DNA of 64,000 bases from Patescibacteria group bacterium (GTDB lineage: Bacteria; Patescibacteriota; Microgenomatia; UBA8517): positions 1,411-65,410 of the forward strand of contig DASVCV010000001.1 in NCBI GenBank assembly GCA_036381415.1. Direction: 5' to 3'. This document shows, in pieces, positions 28,284-38,477 of this stretch (positions are counted from its first letter, which is position 1; every line of letters begins with the position of its first letter). The notes under the pieces are model-generated. The model was not told the DNA's origin. It saw nothing but the letters and a program-made list of their open reading frames with translations, and did no database searches. The translations under genes and the position numbers were made by a program.

Positions 28284-29271
28284 ATTCAATTACATCTCCA
28301 TCTTTGACTAAATAGTCTCTCCCCTCACTTCTTACCTTTCCTTTCTCTCTGGCATTTTTCCAACCTCCTACTTCTACAAAATCTTTAAAATCTATAACAT
28401 CAGCTTTAATAAATTTTTTAATAAAATCAGTGTGAATTACGCCGGCTGCATTTTGTGCATCAATGCCATTAGGAATTGTCCAGGCACGGACTTCTTTGAC
28501 ACCAGCTGTTAGAAATGTGATTAGTCCCAGGGTTTCAAAGGCTTTTTTGGTTAGTCTTTCAAGACCTGATTCCTTAATTCCTAAATCATCCATATATGTT
28601 TTTTGGTCAGATTCATTTAAATCAGACAATTCTGACTCAATTTTGGCTGATATTGCAATTACTTGATCAGTTTTTAGTCCTAACTTTTGGGCATATTCAA
28701 TCTCTATTTTGGTTGCATCCTTTAAATCAGACTCAGAAACATTTAAAACAACAAGAATTGGTTTCTTTGAAAAAAGCGGAAGACTCTCTTCATCAATTTT
28801 GTCTTTCTTTTTGGTTTTGTGTTTTTCAACCATTTCAAAATCAGCTAAGTCCAGTTCTGTTTTTACTCTCTCAAAATCAGATTTTGGGTCAATACTTCCT
28901 TCTTTAATAATGTCAGTATCAGCAAAAAATCTAACTACATGACAGATTGCATCTACTTCACGGATGTGAGAAAGGAATTTATTTCCCAATCCTTCCCCTT
29001 TATGAGCTCCTGCTATAAGTCCTGCAATATCTACAAATTCAACAGTTGCGGCAACTTCAGGAGGAAATGAATTCATTCCTTCTGATTCTTTAATGGTTTT
29101 GGCAAGGGATGCAAGTCTTGCATCAGGGACTGGGACAACTCCAACATTTGGTTCAATGGTTGCAAAAGGAAAGTTGGCAACATATGCCTGCTGTCTTTTA
29201 AGGAGTGCATTAAACAGAGTGCTTTTACCTACATTTGGAAGACCTACAATTCCTACTTTTAAAGATGACAT
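28267..29271 (-). CDS. ychF: Redox-regulated ATPase YchF
   Basis: GIVGLPNVGKST, NFPFATIEPN, DIAGL, GEGLGN.FL, TGS domain. Confidence 0.96.
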   Translation of the reverse strand: MSSLKVGIVGLPNVGKSTLFNALLKRQQAYVANFPFATIEPNVGVVPVPDARLASLAKTIKESEGMNSFPPEVAATVEFVDIAGLIAGAHKGEGLGNKFLSHIREVDAICHVVRFFADTDIIKEGSIDPKSDFERVKTELDLADFEMVEKHKTKKKDKIDEESLPLFSKKPILVVLNVSESDLKDATKIEIEYAQKLGLKTDQVIAISAKIESELSDLNESDQKTYMDDLGIKESGLERLTKKAFETLGLITFLTAGVKEVRAWTIPNGIDAQNAAGVIHTDFIKKFIKADVIDFKDFVEVGGWKNAREKGKVRSEGRDYLVKDGDVIEFKIGS

Positions 29272-29298
29272 ATAGATATTATAACAAAAGATTTGCTA

Positions 29299-30552
29299 TT
29301 ATATTTTCTTGATAATCTCCTGTATGTATATTTTTGATAACCTTAATAATTCTGGATATCTATTGTTGTTTTTTGATGTTTTTACAAAATTTTTGAAGTC
29401 TTCCAAGGCTAATGTGTAATCCTCTTTGCCTCTATAATTTATTAATCCCATGGCAAACTTTATTTGCACTTTAGTTGGATCATCATTTAAGGTTTCTTCC
29501 ATAAATGATTCAGCATCTATCAGTGCCTTTGATGGGATTCGTCTTTTAAAGGCCCTATTGTAATGTCTTAAACCCTGATGAATTTCATCTATAAAAAATA
29601 GTAAAAAACCCATATTGTAAGGCTGGATGGGATCTTTTAAATCTTTTAAACAAACTATTGCTTTTTTTGCATTGTTTTCAATTAAAAAATAATAAATAGC
29701 TAAAAAATTTTTTGCTCTTTTTTCCTTAGGGTTATATTTTATTATTGTATCTAGGTACTTTCGTGTATCAACTATAAATTTCTTGTCACGCTTACGAGAA
29801 TATGTTGTGTATAGAAAATCGCATATTGACAGACTTACTTCTATCGTTCTTTGTGGGACTTTAACTTTCAAGTGCTTAACTGCTTCTATTCCTTTAGTTT
29901 TAGAAATATTATTAAGTTTTTTATCTAGTTCTTCAAATAAGGTATATGCTAACCCTAAATTCCTAGAAACATAAAGGGCAACTCCAATCATATACTCTAA
30001 AGACAAACCCATCCACTCAGTAGTAATTTCAAAACCTAACAAATCATCGTTGGTGGGAAAATACCTTTCTCTGGGAAATATACCAGCAAATTCACTTGAT
30101 AAGAGGTCGCTTAAAATTATAGGAATCGGGTTGTGCACGATACCAGCTTCTAGTTTTAAAGAGTAATTTTTTATACCATTAACATTCCTTTTTGATATGT
30201 GCCCATAAACTATTAAATGGGCCTTATGGCGGCTGACCGCTTTCTGCCAGTTTGTGTTGTCTATTTCTTTAGCTTCTTTGGTATCAAGAGATATTATGTT
30301 AAATAATCCGGCTAGATTTTTTGAGTTAAGGAATTTATTAAGTTCAGATATTAAATCATTGTCTATGTGTTTCTTTTCATCATTATCCTCACTGCTTACT
30401 GCAATTAGTATACCAATTTTATTTCGTGGGTTTTTTTTATTATGATTTATAATTTTACTAAACGAACCAGCCAGAAAGCTTTTTATTTCATCGGGGTCTA
30501 CTTCAAGCGAGGCCTCTGCCCCAGTAGGATTCTTATAAGCAATTTTTACCAT
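29299..30552 (-). CDS. Hypothetical protein with C-terminal TPR-like helices
   Basis: 417 aa, very K/I/N-rich, with TPR-like repeats (YNMGFLLF, ALEDF..F). Confidence 0.55.
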   Translation of the reverse strand: MVKIAYKNPTGAEASLEVDPDEIKSFLAGSFSKIINHNKKNPRNKIGILIAVSSEDNDEKKHIDNDLISELNKFLNSKNLAGLFNIISLDTKEAKEIDNTNWQKAVSRHKAHLIVYGHISKRNVNGIKNYSLKLEAGIVHNPIPIILSDLLSSEFAGIFPRERYFPTNDDLLGFEITTEWMGLSLEYMIGVALYVSRNLGLAYTLFEELDKKLNNISKTKGIEAVKHLKVKVPQRTIEVSLSICDFLYTTYSRKRDKKFIVDTRKYLDTIIKYNPKEKRAKNFLAIYYFLIENNAKKAIVCLKDLKDPIQPYNMGFLLFFIDEIHQGLRHYNRAFKRRIPSKALIDAESFMEETLNDDPTKVQIKFAMGLINYRGKEDYTLALEDFKNFVKTSKNNNRYPELLRLSKIYIQEIIKKI

Positions 30553-30663
30553 TTTTACCTCTTATTTCGGTTATTATAACAGTTAAATCAAAATGTTTTA
30601 TTTGTCGTCTGGAGCAAAAATTCGATTTAATTCGCAAATCCTCAGTTTTTAAAAGTGCGGTGT

Positions 30664-32145
30664 TTAAGTTTCTGCTATTTTATCTAATAAACTGTTGTCC
30701 CAGAATACCATTTTATTTTCAGGCATTAAAAATGCTTTAACCGGTTTTAATTCTTCAACAAATTCTTGGGTGTGGCTTACTATAATCATGGTTCCTTTAT
30801 ATGCTTTTAAAGTATCAAGAATTATTCTTTGAGACATTACATCTAAATAAGTGGTAGGTTCATCCAGAATTAGTAAGTTGTAGTTATTACTTGTAAGTAG
30901 AGCAATTGATAACCTTGTTTTCTCTCCTCCTGAAAGAGATTTTACTTTTTGAAATACTTTATTTCCCATAAAATTAAATCTTCCCAGGAATGGTCTTGCC
31001 TGATAGTCAGGCATGCCAGAACCTTGAGTTATAGTATCAAGAAGTGTTTTTTCTAAATCAAAGGTTTCAAATTCTTGAGAGTAATATCCAATTTTTAAAT
31101 TATAGTTTCTTGATACTTCTCCTTCATCTGGTTTTAACATTCCAACTAAAATTTTAATAAGCGTGCTTTTGCCAGCTCCATTGGGACCAATTAGAGCAAT
31201 CTTTTCTCCTCTAATAATTGAAAAGTTTAAATCTTTAAAAACAACTTTCCCCTCATATGATTTAGTTATATCAAGAGCTCTAATGGGAAGCTCTCCCACT
31301 GGAAGCGGAGTAGGAAGATTTACTTTTATTTTTCTTACCTCCCTTGGGAGGTCAGGAAGTGCTTCTTTTAACTTTTCAAGTCTTTTTTCCAGTTGGACTC
31401 TTTGCCTTACTCCTTTTTCTGATCTATGAGCATATAGACCCACAAGGCTTTCTTCCATTCTTTTAATGTGTTTTTGTTCCACAATTATTTTTCTTTTTTC
31501 CAGTGCATCATGCTCTTCTTTTAATCTTTTAAACTGAGTGTAGTTTCCTTTATATTCCTCTACTTTTTGGTTTTGGTGGTTAATATAGAGAACTTTATCA
31601 ATTGCTTTGTCCATTAGCTCAATATCATGAGAAATAAGAAAAAGACTTTTAGGATACCTACTTAAGAAATTCATTACCCACTTCTTTCCTTCTATATCCA
31701 TGAAGTTGGTTGGCTCATCTAGTAATAGAACGTCTGGTTCAGAGACAAGAGCCCTAGCCAGAGCCAACTTTGTCTTTTGTCCACCACTTAAGCCTTTTGG
31801 AGATTTTGACAAATCAAGATTAGATAGCCCCAGGCTTGTTAGCATTTTCCTATGTTCATGATCTTCTCTTTTGTCTCCTTCATTTAAATAGTCTCTAATT
31901 GTTTTTGCTTTTTCCATTGTTTCATCATACTTAACCTCCTGTGGGACAACAGCAATGTTTCCAATTACTTCTACTTTTCCATCTTGGATGCTTTCCTTTT
32001 GAGTAATGAGGTTAAAAAGAGTGGTTTTGCCTGCACCATTTGGCCCAACAAGTCCTACTTTTTGGTTTTCACCAATGGTAAAGCTCACCTTGTCTAAAAG
32101 AGGCTTATCTGTATAGGCAAAACTGAGAGAATTAACTTTTAACAT
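30664..32145 (-). CDS. ABC-F family ATP-binding protein
   Basis: Two ABC cassettes (GPNGAGK, LSGG, LDEPT) joined by a YKGNY linker; no TM. Confidence 0.93.
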   Translation of the reverse strand: MLKVNSLSFAYTDKPLLDKVSFTIGENQKVGLVGPNGAGKTTLFNLITQKESIQDGKVEVIGNIAVVPQEVKYDETMEKAKTIRDYLNEGDKREDHEHRKMLTSLGLSNLDLSKSPKGLSGGQKTKLALARALVSEPDVLLLDEPTNFMDIEGKKWVMNFLSRYPKSLFLISHDIELMDKAIDKVLYINHQNQKVEEYKGNYTQFKRLKEEHDALEKRKIIVEQKHIKRMEESLVGLYAHRSEKGVRQRVQLEKRLEKLKEALPDLPREVRKIKVNLPTPLPVGELPIRALDITKSYEGKVVFKDLNFSIIRGEKIALIGPNGAGKSTLIKILVGMLKPDEGEVSRNYNLKIGYYSQEFETFDLEKTLLDTITQGSGMPDYQARPFLGRFNFMGNKVFQKVKSLSGGEKTRLSIALLTSNNYNLLILDEPTTYLDVMSQRIILDTLKAYKGTMIIVSHTQEFVEELKPVKAFLMPENKMVFWDNSLLDKIAET

Positions 32146-32206
32146 ACTAGAGATATATTATATATCAAACTCATCCATCCTTAATTGAAATTTTCTAAAG
32201 TAGAAA

Positions 32207-32629
32207 TCAAGAAGCAGACTCAGATTTACCCTTTAATTTATTAAGAAGCAATCCAAGAGTAAAGACGGCAATCATAATTATCTGGCAGCCAATGCAGACT
32301 GGACAAACTACATAAAGCTGGAATAATTCTACATATGCAAGGTAAAGACAGAATAAAAGACCAAAGGTTGCCATTACCAAAAGAAGCTTTTTATTTTTAA
32401 TTACAGCTGCTATGAAAATAACAATGTAGCCAACAAGCCCAATTAAAGGAGTTGGAATGCCAAAGGTTTTAGATACTACACCTGATATTACTGCATTGCA
32501 GTTTATTGTGCTATTTATATTACACGGCTGAAATGCAGGATGAAAAAACTGTTCCCAAAGAAGAAAGAGTGCTAGAAATATACCTGCAAGCGACAATATC
32601 TTTACCCAGAAAAACATTTTTCTTTCCAT
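32207..32629 (-). CDS. VKOR family protein
   Basis: PCNINSTINC loop Cys pair, FGIP, CPVC. Confidence 0.88.
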   Translation of the reverse strand: MERKMFFWVKILSLAGIFLALFLLWEQFFHPAFQPCNINSTINCNAVISGVVSKTFGIPTPLIGLVGYIVIFIAAVIKNKKLLLVMATFGLLFCLYLAYVELFQLYVVCPVCIGCQIIMIAVFTLGLLLNKLKGKSESAS

Positions 32630-32722
32630 ATCATTTATATAGTAGTTCCCTTAGATAGAAGAGTCAATATTGGAAGTGTTAATTATTTATTAAATAGGAG
32701 AAGAATAAGTTATAATTATAAA

Positions 32723-33256
32723 ATGCTTGAAACTGCTACTTTAGGAGGAGGCTGCTTCTGGTGTACTGAGGCTATTTTTAAAAGACTTAAGGGGGTTGAA
32801 TCAGTAGTAAGCGGATATGCAGGAGGAGAAAAAGAAAATCCAACCTATCAGGAAGTCTCTAGCGGGAAAACTGGATACATAGAAAGCATCCAAATTAAAT
32901 TTGATCCTTCTACTATTAGCTATGAACATATACTGGATATTTTTTGGGCAACACATGATCCAACAAGTAAGGATAAGCAGGGAGCAGATGTGGGAAGCCA
33001 ATATAGATCTGTAATCTTTTACCATAACGAAGAACAAAGAAAAAAAGCACAGGAATCAATGGAAAAAATTCAAGGTGCAGTAACTCAAATAACAGGTTTC
33101 AAAAATTTCTACACAGCAGAAGAATATCACCAAAATTTTTATGATAAAAATAAATCAACCAATATGTACTGTTCACTTGTCATTGATCCTAAAATTAAAA
33201 AACTTTTAGATAAATTTGGTAAAGATGTAAAAGAAGAATATAAAGAGACTAGTTAA
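32723..33256 (+). CDS. msrA: Peptide methionine (S)-S-oxide reductase
   Basis: GGGCFWC, GYAGG, QGADVGSQYRS, AEEYHQ. Confidence 0.97.
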   Translation: MLETATLGGGCFWCTEAIFKRLKGVESVVSGYAGGEKENPTYQEVSSGKTGYIESIQIKFDPSTISYEHILDIFWATHDPTSKDKQGADVGSQYRSVIFYHNEEQRKKAQESMEKIQGAVTQITGFKNFYTAEEYHQNFYDKNKSTNMYCSLVIDPKIKKLLDKFGKDVKEEYKETS

Positions 33257-34022
33257 CTTCAAGTTTCGTAAATAACTTATCAATATCTTTTCCTGAGGCT
33301 TCCCAAAGTTCATTAAATTTTGGTACATAATCTTTTAAGTGAGGATATCCTGATGCTGACTGTTTTGTAGTTGCTTTCCCCCATTCATCGCCTGATAAAA
33401 CTACTATATTGAAAATTTCCGACAGTTCCCATAATGGTATTTGAAATTTTCCTTCAAGTTTTTCTTCCATTTCTCTTTCTAATGTATTTGTCATGTCAGG
33501 CAAATATCTTTTTCTAACATAATCATAGAAAATAAAGTGGAGCAATTCATGAGATGCGATTCTTATTCCTCTTTCAGTGGTATCAGATGAAAACTGGAAT
33601 GTTTTGGTATTTAAGTACCTGGGATAAGGAGGGCTTATGGTTAAATATCCTTTATACTCACCTTCCGGCCAAACCATATCTTTAAAAATTTTACCTGCAA
33701 CTTTAAAAAATTGGGGTGAGTAATCAATCCATTCTTTATTTATTTTTTCCACTAAGTTATCTAAATCTTGAGCATGTTCCTGATAATAGCTGTGAACATA
33801 GTCCTTAAGTTTTTCTAACCTATCTTCAGGGTCAAGCTTTTCATAACCCATTAGCTGCGGGTGTGTTTTGGGAAGCATTTCTTTAAAATTAGCACCCCCT
33901 CTTCTTTTTTCGTGAGTTAGAAATTTGTCTAATTTTATTACATCCAATTCTTCGTTAAGAAGAAATTCTACTTTTGGAAAATCACTGGTTGGTTTTTCTT
34001 TACTATTTCCTGAGTCTTCCAT
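33249..34022 (-). CDS. Hypothetical protein with HExxH motif (putative zincin)
   Basis: ASHELLH with a downstream E (WELSE). Confidence 0.5.
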   Translation of the reverse strand: MEDSGNSKEKPTSDFPKVEFLLNEELDVIKLDKFLTHEKRRGGANFKEMLPKTHPQLMGYEKLDPEDRLEKLKDYVHSYYQEHAQDLDNLVEKINKEWIDYSPQFFKVAGKIFKDMVWPEGEYKGYLTISPPYPRYLNTKTFQFSSDTTERGIRIASHELLHFIFYDYVRKRYLPDMTNTLEREMEEKLEGKFQIPLWELSEIFNIVVLSGDEWGKATTKQSASGYPHLKDYVPKFNELWEASGKDIDKLFTKLEVN

Positions 34023-34062
34023 CTGTATTATTTTACACTACATTAACTGATATAATTAAAAA

Positions 34063-34449
34063 ATGAAAGTTGATGATTTGAAAAAGAAATTGACAAAAGA
34101 GCAATACAATGTCTGTTTTCTTAAAGGAACAGAACCTCCTTTTTCAGGTAAATATACAAATAACCATGAAGAAGGAATGTATGAATGTGTTGTATGCGGT
34201 ACTCCCCTTTTTTCATCCAACTCAAAGTTTGATTCAAAAACCGGCTGGCCTTCATTTGATAAACCAGTAGTAAATGAAAACATTGACTTTAGCGAAGATA
34301 GCTCAATGGGAATGAGAAGAATTGAAGTAATGTGCAAAAAGTGCGGCTCCCACTTAGGACATGTGTTTGATGATGGACCAACAAAAACAGGAAAAAGATT
34401 CTGCATTAATTCACTTTCACTTAACTTCGTAGCTAAGAAAAAGGAATAG
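34063..34449 (+). CDS. msrB: Peptide methionine (R)-S-oxide reductase
   Basis: GTEPPF, KFDS.TGWPSF, HLGHVFDDGP, RFCINS. Confidence 0.97.
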   Translation: MKVDDLKKKLTKEQYNVCFLKGTEPPFSGKYTNNHEEGMYECVVCGTPLFSSNSKFDSKTGWPSFDKPVVNENIDFSEDSSMGMRRIEVMCKKCGSHLGHVFDDGPTKTGKRFCINSLSLNFVAKKKE

Positions 34450-34498
34450 AAAAAAGTTTCTCTTGAGTTGGTTGACAGATAATGCTAGAGTTATTTTA

Positions 34499-34717
34499 AT
34501 GACTAAACAAATTGCACTTCTACTTATTTTAGGAATGTCTGTCTGTGGAGTACTCTTCTCGGGATATCTTTCATACAGAGAAATTTTTGGATCAGGCGGA
34601 TGCAAGAGTGGCAGCTGCAAGAATAAGATAATGAGAGTGCCTGTATGCGTGTATGGACTTATTATGTATTTAGTTGTCTTTATGCTTGCACTTCTTGGCA
34701 CACAGGCACTTTATTAA
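34499..34717 (+). CDS. Small membrane protein resembling the N-terminal half of VKOR
   Basis: TM-SGYLSY-C..GSC-loop-VPVCVYG-TM with no CxxC; promoter TTGAGT-N17-TAGAGT ending 7 nt before ATG. Confidence 0.55.
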   Translation: MTKQIALLLILGMSVCGVLFSGYLSYREIFGSGGCKSGSCKNKIMRVPVCVYGLIMYLVVFMLALLGTQALY

Positions 34718-34723
34718 TCTTTC

Positions 34724-35173
34724 TTATTTAGCCGGGCTGGGTGAGGGCCCCGGACTTCCAAACATACGAATTACAGGGTTAATCTGTATGTTTTGAGCAG
34801 TCACGCTTCCATCAGGATTTGTACTTCCAAAAACTGCAACTTTTGTTCCTGTAGCTAGGTCTTTTGTTTGTGCAGGATCTGTTTTTTCTACAGTAGTATT
34901 TCCTGACAAAAATACTATTTTTGTACTTCCATCACTCATTTTTACCGTAATGCTTTTGTCATCTGCACTTATTACTTCACCTGATACTGGCCTTAGGGCC
35001 TGAAAATTTCCATTAGCATTCCCGCCAAATCTGACTCTTTGTTGACCAGGTATAAACTGAGTGTTTACTCCCTGAACTTTCCCCTGCTGGAACTTAGTTC
35101 CACCAAAGAAACCTACTCCTAGTCCAACTATTAAGAAAACTGCAGGTATTAAATACTTTAAATATTTCTTCAT
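34724..35173 (-). CDS. DUF5666-like membrane-anchored protein
   Basis: TM; GEVIS.D..SITVK..DGS.K.V and DGSVTA..IQ; last gene of the Mac operon. Confidence 0.65.
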   Translation of the reverse strand: MKKYLKYLIPAVFLIVGLGVGFFGGTKFQQGKVQGVNTQFIPGQQRVRFGGNANGNFQALRPVSGEVISADDKSITVKMSDGSTKIVFLSGNTTVEKTDPAQTKDLATGTKVAVFGSTNPDGSVTAQNIQINPVIRMFGSPGPSPSPAK

Positions 35174-35188
35174 ATATAATCACCCCCT

Positions 35189-36412
35189 TTATTCATATCT
35201 TAGTGCTTCTATAGGTTGTAAATTGGCTGCACGTCTTGCTGGATACCATCCAAAAAGAATTCCGATTCCACCTGAAACTATGATTGCAACAAGAATAGAC
35301 TGAAGAGAAAGTGTAAATGGAAGATTAATTAAATTTGATATTAAATAAGATGCAGCAATACCAATTATCATTCCAATTACTCCTCCTGCAACTGTAAGAA
35401 TGATAGATTCAACTAAAAACTGAGTAATGATGGACTTCTTTTTAGCACCAAGTGCTTTTCTTAAGCCAATTTCTCTTGTTCTTTCTGTTACTGTAACAAG
35501 CATTATATTCATGATTCCAATGCCACCTACAAGAAGTGAAATTGCAGCAATTCCTGATAACAGTGCAGTAAAAGTGCCAGTTATTGCTGAAGCTGCTCCT
35601 AGGATGTCATTTTGGGAAAAAATGGTAAAGTCTGCAAGAGCAGGATCTGATAGTTTGTGCTTATTTAGCAGATAGTATCCAACCTCATCCTGGGCCTGGG
35701 TCATTACATCTTCACTCTTTGCTTCTACTGAAATGGAAGTTACATAATCCACTCCAAAAAGCTGTTTTTGAGCAGTAGTAAGCGGGACATAAACAATATC
35801 GTCCTGATTTTGGAAACCAGATCCACCTTTTGAAGCTGTAATACCTATTATTCTAAAGGATTGGCCATTAATTCTTACAGGCTCTCCTATTGGGTTTGCC
35901 CCGTCTCCAAATAAGTTAGTAACCACAGTTGGTCCAAGTACTGCAACTTTTGTCATACTTGCTACATCTCTACTTGTGATGAAAGATCCTTGGGATATTT
36001 CCATCTTTCTTACTTCAGAATAAGCAGGAGTTGCACCTATTACCTGAGTGTTGGTGTTTGCTTTGCTGGTTGTAACCTGTGTTCTTCTTGAAACTTCAGG
36101 AGATACATTTTTGACTGTTGTTATATCAGGTGCTGTCAAAATTCCTAGAGCATCTGAGTAAGTAAGAGTTGTTGCTCCGCCTGCAGCTCCTCTAACAAAT
36201 CCTGAGCTAATTGCACCTGGAATAACTGTTAAAAGGTTTGATCCTAATGACTGAATTTGAGAAGTAACAGCTGCCTGGGAAGACTGCCCTAAGGAAACTA
36301 ATGCAATGACGCTTCCAATTCCAATAACAATACCAAGAGTGGCAAGGCCGGTTCGCAATTTGTTGTGAGTGAGAGTACTTACTGCTTCACTTATTAGTTC
36401 ACGGATGTCCAT
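35189..36412 (-). CDS. MacB-like ABC transporter permease
   Basis: GIVIGIGSV, GGIGIMNIMLVTVTERTREIGLRKALGA, YPARRAA.L.PIEALRYE. Confidence 0.95.
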   Translation of the reverse strand: MDIRELISEAVSTLTHNKLRTGLATLGIVIGIGSVIALVSLGQSSQAAVTSQIQSLGSNLLTVIPGAISSGFVRGAAGGATTLTYSDALGILTAPDITTVKNVSPEVSRRTQVTTSKANTNTQVIGATPAYSEVRKMEISQGSFITSRDVASMTKVAVLGPTVVTNLFGDGANPIGEPVRINGQSFRIIGITASKGGSGFQNQDDIVYVPLTTAQKQLFGVDYVTSISVEAKSEDVMTQAQDEVGYYLLNKHKLSDPALADFTIFSQNDILGAASAITGTFTALLSGIAAISLLVGGIGIMNIMLVTVTERTREIGLRKALGAKKKSIITQFLVESIILTVAGGVIGMIIGIAASYLISNLINLPFTLSLQSILVAIIVSGGIGILFGWYPARRAANLQPIEALRYE

Positions 36413-37128
36413 TACTTTTTAGCCTTTCTATTTAAATTTATTTTTCTTTGTCTGTGGCCATTTCCATCTTTAACGATTTTGCCGTCTTTGACATGAATAA
36501 TTCTTTTGGCGTGCTCGGCAATATCAGGCTCATGAGTGATCATTACAATAGTATGTCCCTCTTCATTTAGCTTTTGAAAGATTGCCATAACTTCTTCAGC
36601 CTGAGCTGAGGCAATATTTCCAGTTGGTTCATCAGCAAGAATTATGGCTGGATCCATTACAAGAGAACGGGCAATGGCAACTCTTTGCTGCTGCCCGCCT
36701 GAAAGCTGGCTTGGGGTATGGTCCATTCTGTCCCCTAGACCAACCATTTTTAAATACTTTGCTGCAACCTTTTCTCTTTTGTCTTTGGAAATGCCTCCAT
36801 AGATCATGGGGAGGATTACATTTTTAATTGCAGAAGTTCTAGGAAGAAGGTTAAATGCTTGAAATATAAATCCTATTTTTTTATTTCTAATATCAGCAAG
36901 CTCATCATCTTTGAGATTGCCTATATTCTGTCCATCTAAAATATATTTTCCAGAAGTTGGCAAATCAAGAGCTCCAATAATGTGCATTAGTGTGGATTTG
37001 CCACTTCCTGAGGGGCCCATTATGGCAACGAACTCACCTTTTTTAATGTTAAAGGAGACGTCATCTAAGGCAACTGTAGTCACCTCATCATTTTTGTAGA
37101 TTTTAGACAGATGAGTAATTTGTATCAT
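36412..37128 (-). CDS. MacB/LolD-like ABC ATP-binding protein
   Basis: [30 protein letters not shown]. Confidence 0.95.
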   Translation of the reverse strand: MIQITHLSKIYKNDEVTTVALDDVSFNIKKGEFVAIMGPSGSGKSTLMHIIGALDLPTSGKYILDGQNIGNLKDDELADIRNKKIGFIFQAFNLLPRTSAIKNVILPMIYGGISKDKREKVAAKYLKMVGLGDRMDHTPSQLSGGQQQRVAIARSLVMDPAIILADEPTGNIASAQAEEVMAIFQKLNEEGHTIVMITHEPDIAEHAKRIIHVKDGKIVKDGNGHRQRKINLNRKAKK

Positions 37129-37156
37129 ATGGCATTTTAATTGTTTAACTTACTAA

Positions 37157-38434
37157 CTAGTTACCTCTTCTTATAACTGCATTGCCTCCACCTGCCGGGG
37201 CTGTAGTTCTAAAAGTTGCCCCTCCTCCAAATCCTCCACCAAAGACAGAGGTTGTTCTAGTTCCAGTTGATGCCACTGTTCCTGTTACAACTTCATCTCC
37301 TTCCTGCAATCCTGAAACTATTTCTATCTGGGTGTCTGAAGACAAACCAGTTGTTACTTCAACATTTTCTACTTGGCCATTTTTAAGGACCCTGACAGTT
37401 GATGCTCCACTTTGTGTTTGAACTGCAGAAGTAGGAGCAATTAAGATATCGCTTTTAGTCTCAATTATTATGCTTGCAGTTGCAGACATGTTGGGAAGAA
37501 TTAGATCTGAAGTTGTGTCTAGGATAATAATTGCCGGATAACTTGTAACATTATTTGAAATTGCTCCAGTTTTATCTACTGCAACTACTTTGCCAGTAAA
37601 AGTCTTATCAGGAATACTGTCAAATGTGATTGTTGCCTTTTGACCTATTTTTACTTTAGGAACATCAATTTCAGCTAAGTTAAAGGAGAGAATGGGATTA
37701 GCTGCACTTTTAATGATGCCTAGCTTGGTTGAGGTTGAAGCACCAGTTGATGCAGAACTGGAATCTGACCCTACTATCATTCCTTCTACTAGACCGGTAT
37801 TTGAAAACACACCAGTTGATGGAGCAACAACAGAAGGTGAAGTTTGCTGATAGCTATACCAGGCGCTTGTTACAGATGATGTGGCTTGCGAAATCACATT
37901 TTGCTGGTTGTTATAATTTGCCTGGGCAGCCAGCCAAGTGGCATTTTCCTGGATATAGGTTGGGTCATCAGTTGCTAAATCACGGGCTACTGCATCATTG
38001 ATAAATTTTTGATTTGCTGCAAAGGAGGAAGCCTGCAGGGTATACAAATTTGTTTTGGCTGATTCCAAAGAATTTTTTGATGCAAGATAGGAAGACCAGG
38101 CCTGGGCATTTTTTTGCTGGCCTGACTGGTCTAGGGTGATATCTGCCAGTTTTTGGCCTGCACCTACTCTGGCCCCATCTTTTACATATACTTTTTTGAT
38201 TATTCCACTGGCTCCTGATGTAACTTCCATGACATTTGCAGTATTTACTTTTCCTGAAGCAGTAACTGAAGCAACAATTGTTCCTTTTTCAACTTGCGAT
38301 GTGGTGTACTGGGGAGCAGCTGTTTTTCCCCTACCTCTAAGAACTAAAAATAAGACTAAGAGAACAACCCCTAAAACAATTAGTCTTTTTTTATCTTTCC
38401 TAAACCACTTAATGATGCTTTTTAGCTTTGCCAT
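37157..38434 (-). CDS. MacA-like membrane fusion (adaptor) protein
   Basis: Lipoyl halves, coiled coil, beta-barrel, EIVSGLQEGDEVV. Confidence 0.9.
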   Translation of the reverse strand: MAKLKSIIKWFRKDKKRLIVLGVVLLVLFLVLRGRGKTAAPQYTTSQVEKGTIVASVTASGKVNTANVMEVTSGASGIIKKVYVKDGARVGAGQKLADITLDQSGQQKNAQAWSSYLASKNSLESAKTNLYTLQASSFAANQKFINDAVARDLATDDPTYIQENATWLAAQANYNNQQNVISQATSSVTSAWYSYQQTSPSVVAPSTGVFSNTGLVEGMIVGSDSSSASTGASTSTKLGIIKSAANPILSFNLAEIDVPKVKIGQKATITFDSIPDKTFTGKVVAVDKTGAISNNVTSYPAIIILDTTSDLILPNMSATASIIIETKSDILIAPTSAVQTQSGASTVRVLKNGQVENVEVTTGLSSDTQIEIVSGLQEGDEVVTGTVASTGTRTTSVFGGGFGGGATFRTTAPAGGGNAVIRRGN

Positions 38435-38458
38435 ACAGTGAAATAGTATACTCCATTT

Positions 38459-38475
38459 CTGAGAGGAAACTGAAA
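38459..38475 (-). promoter_or_regulatory. OmpR-family regulator box upstream of the mac-like operon
   Basis: Minus strand TTTCAG-TTTCC-TCTCAG, 10 nt above TACTAT. Confidence 0.7.
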
Positions 38476-38477
38476 AA

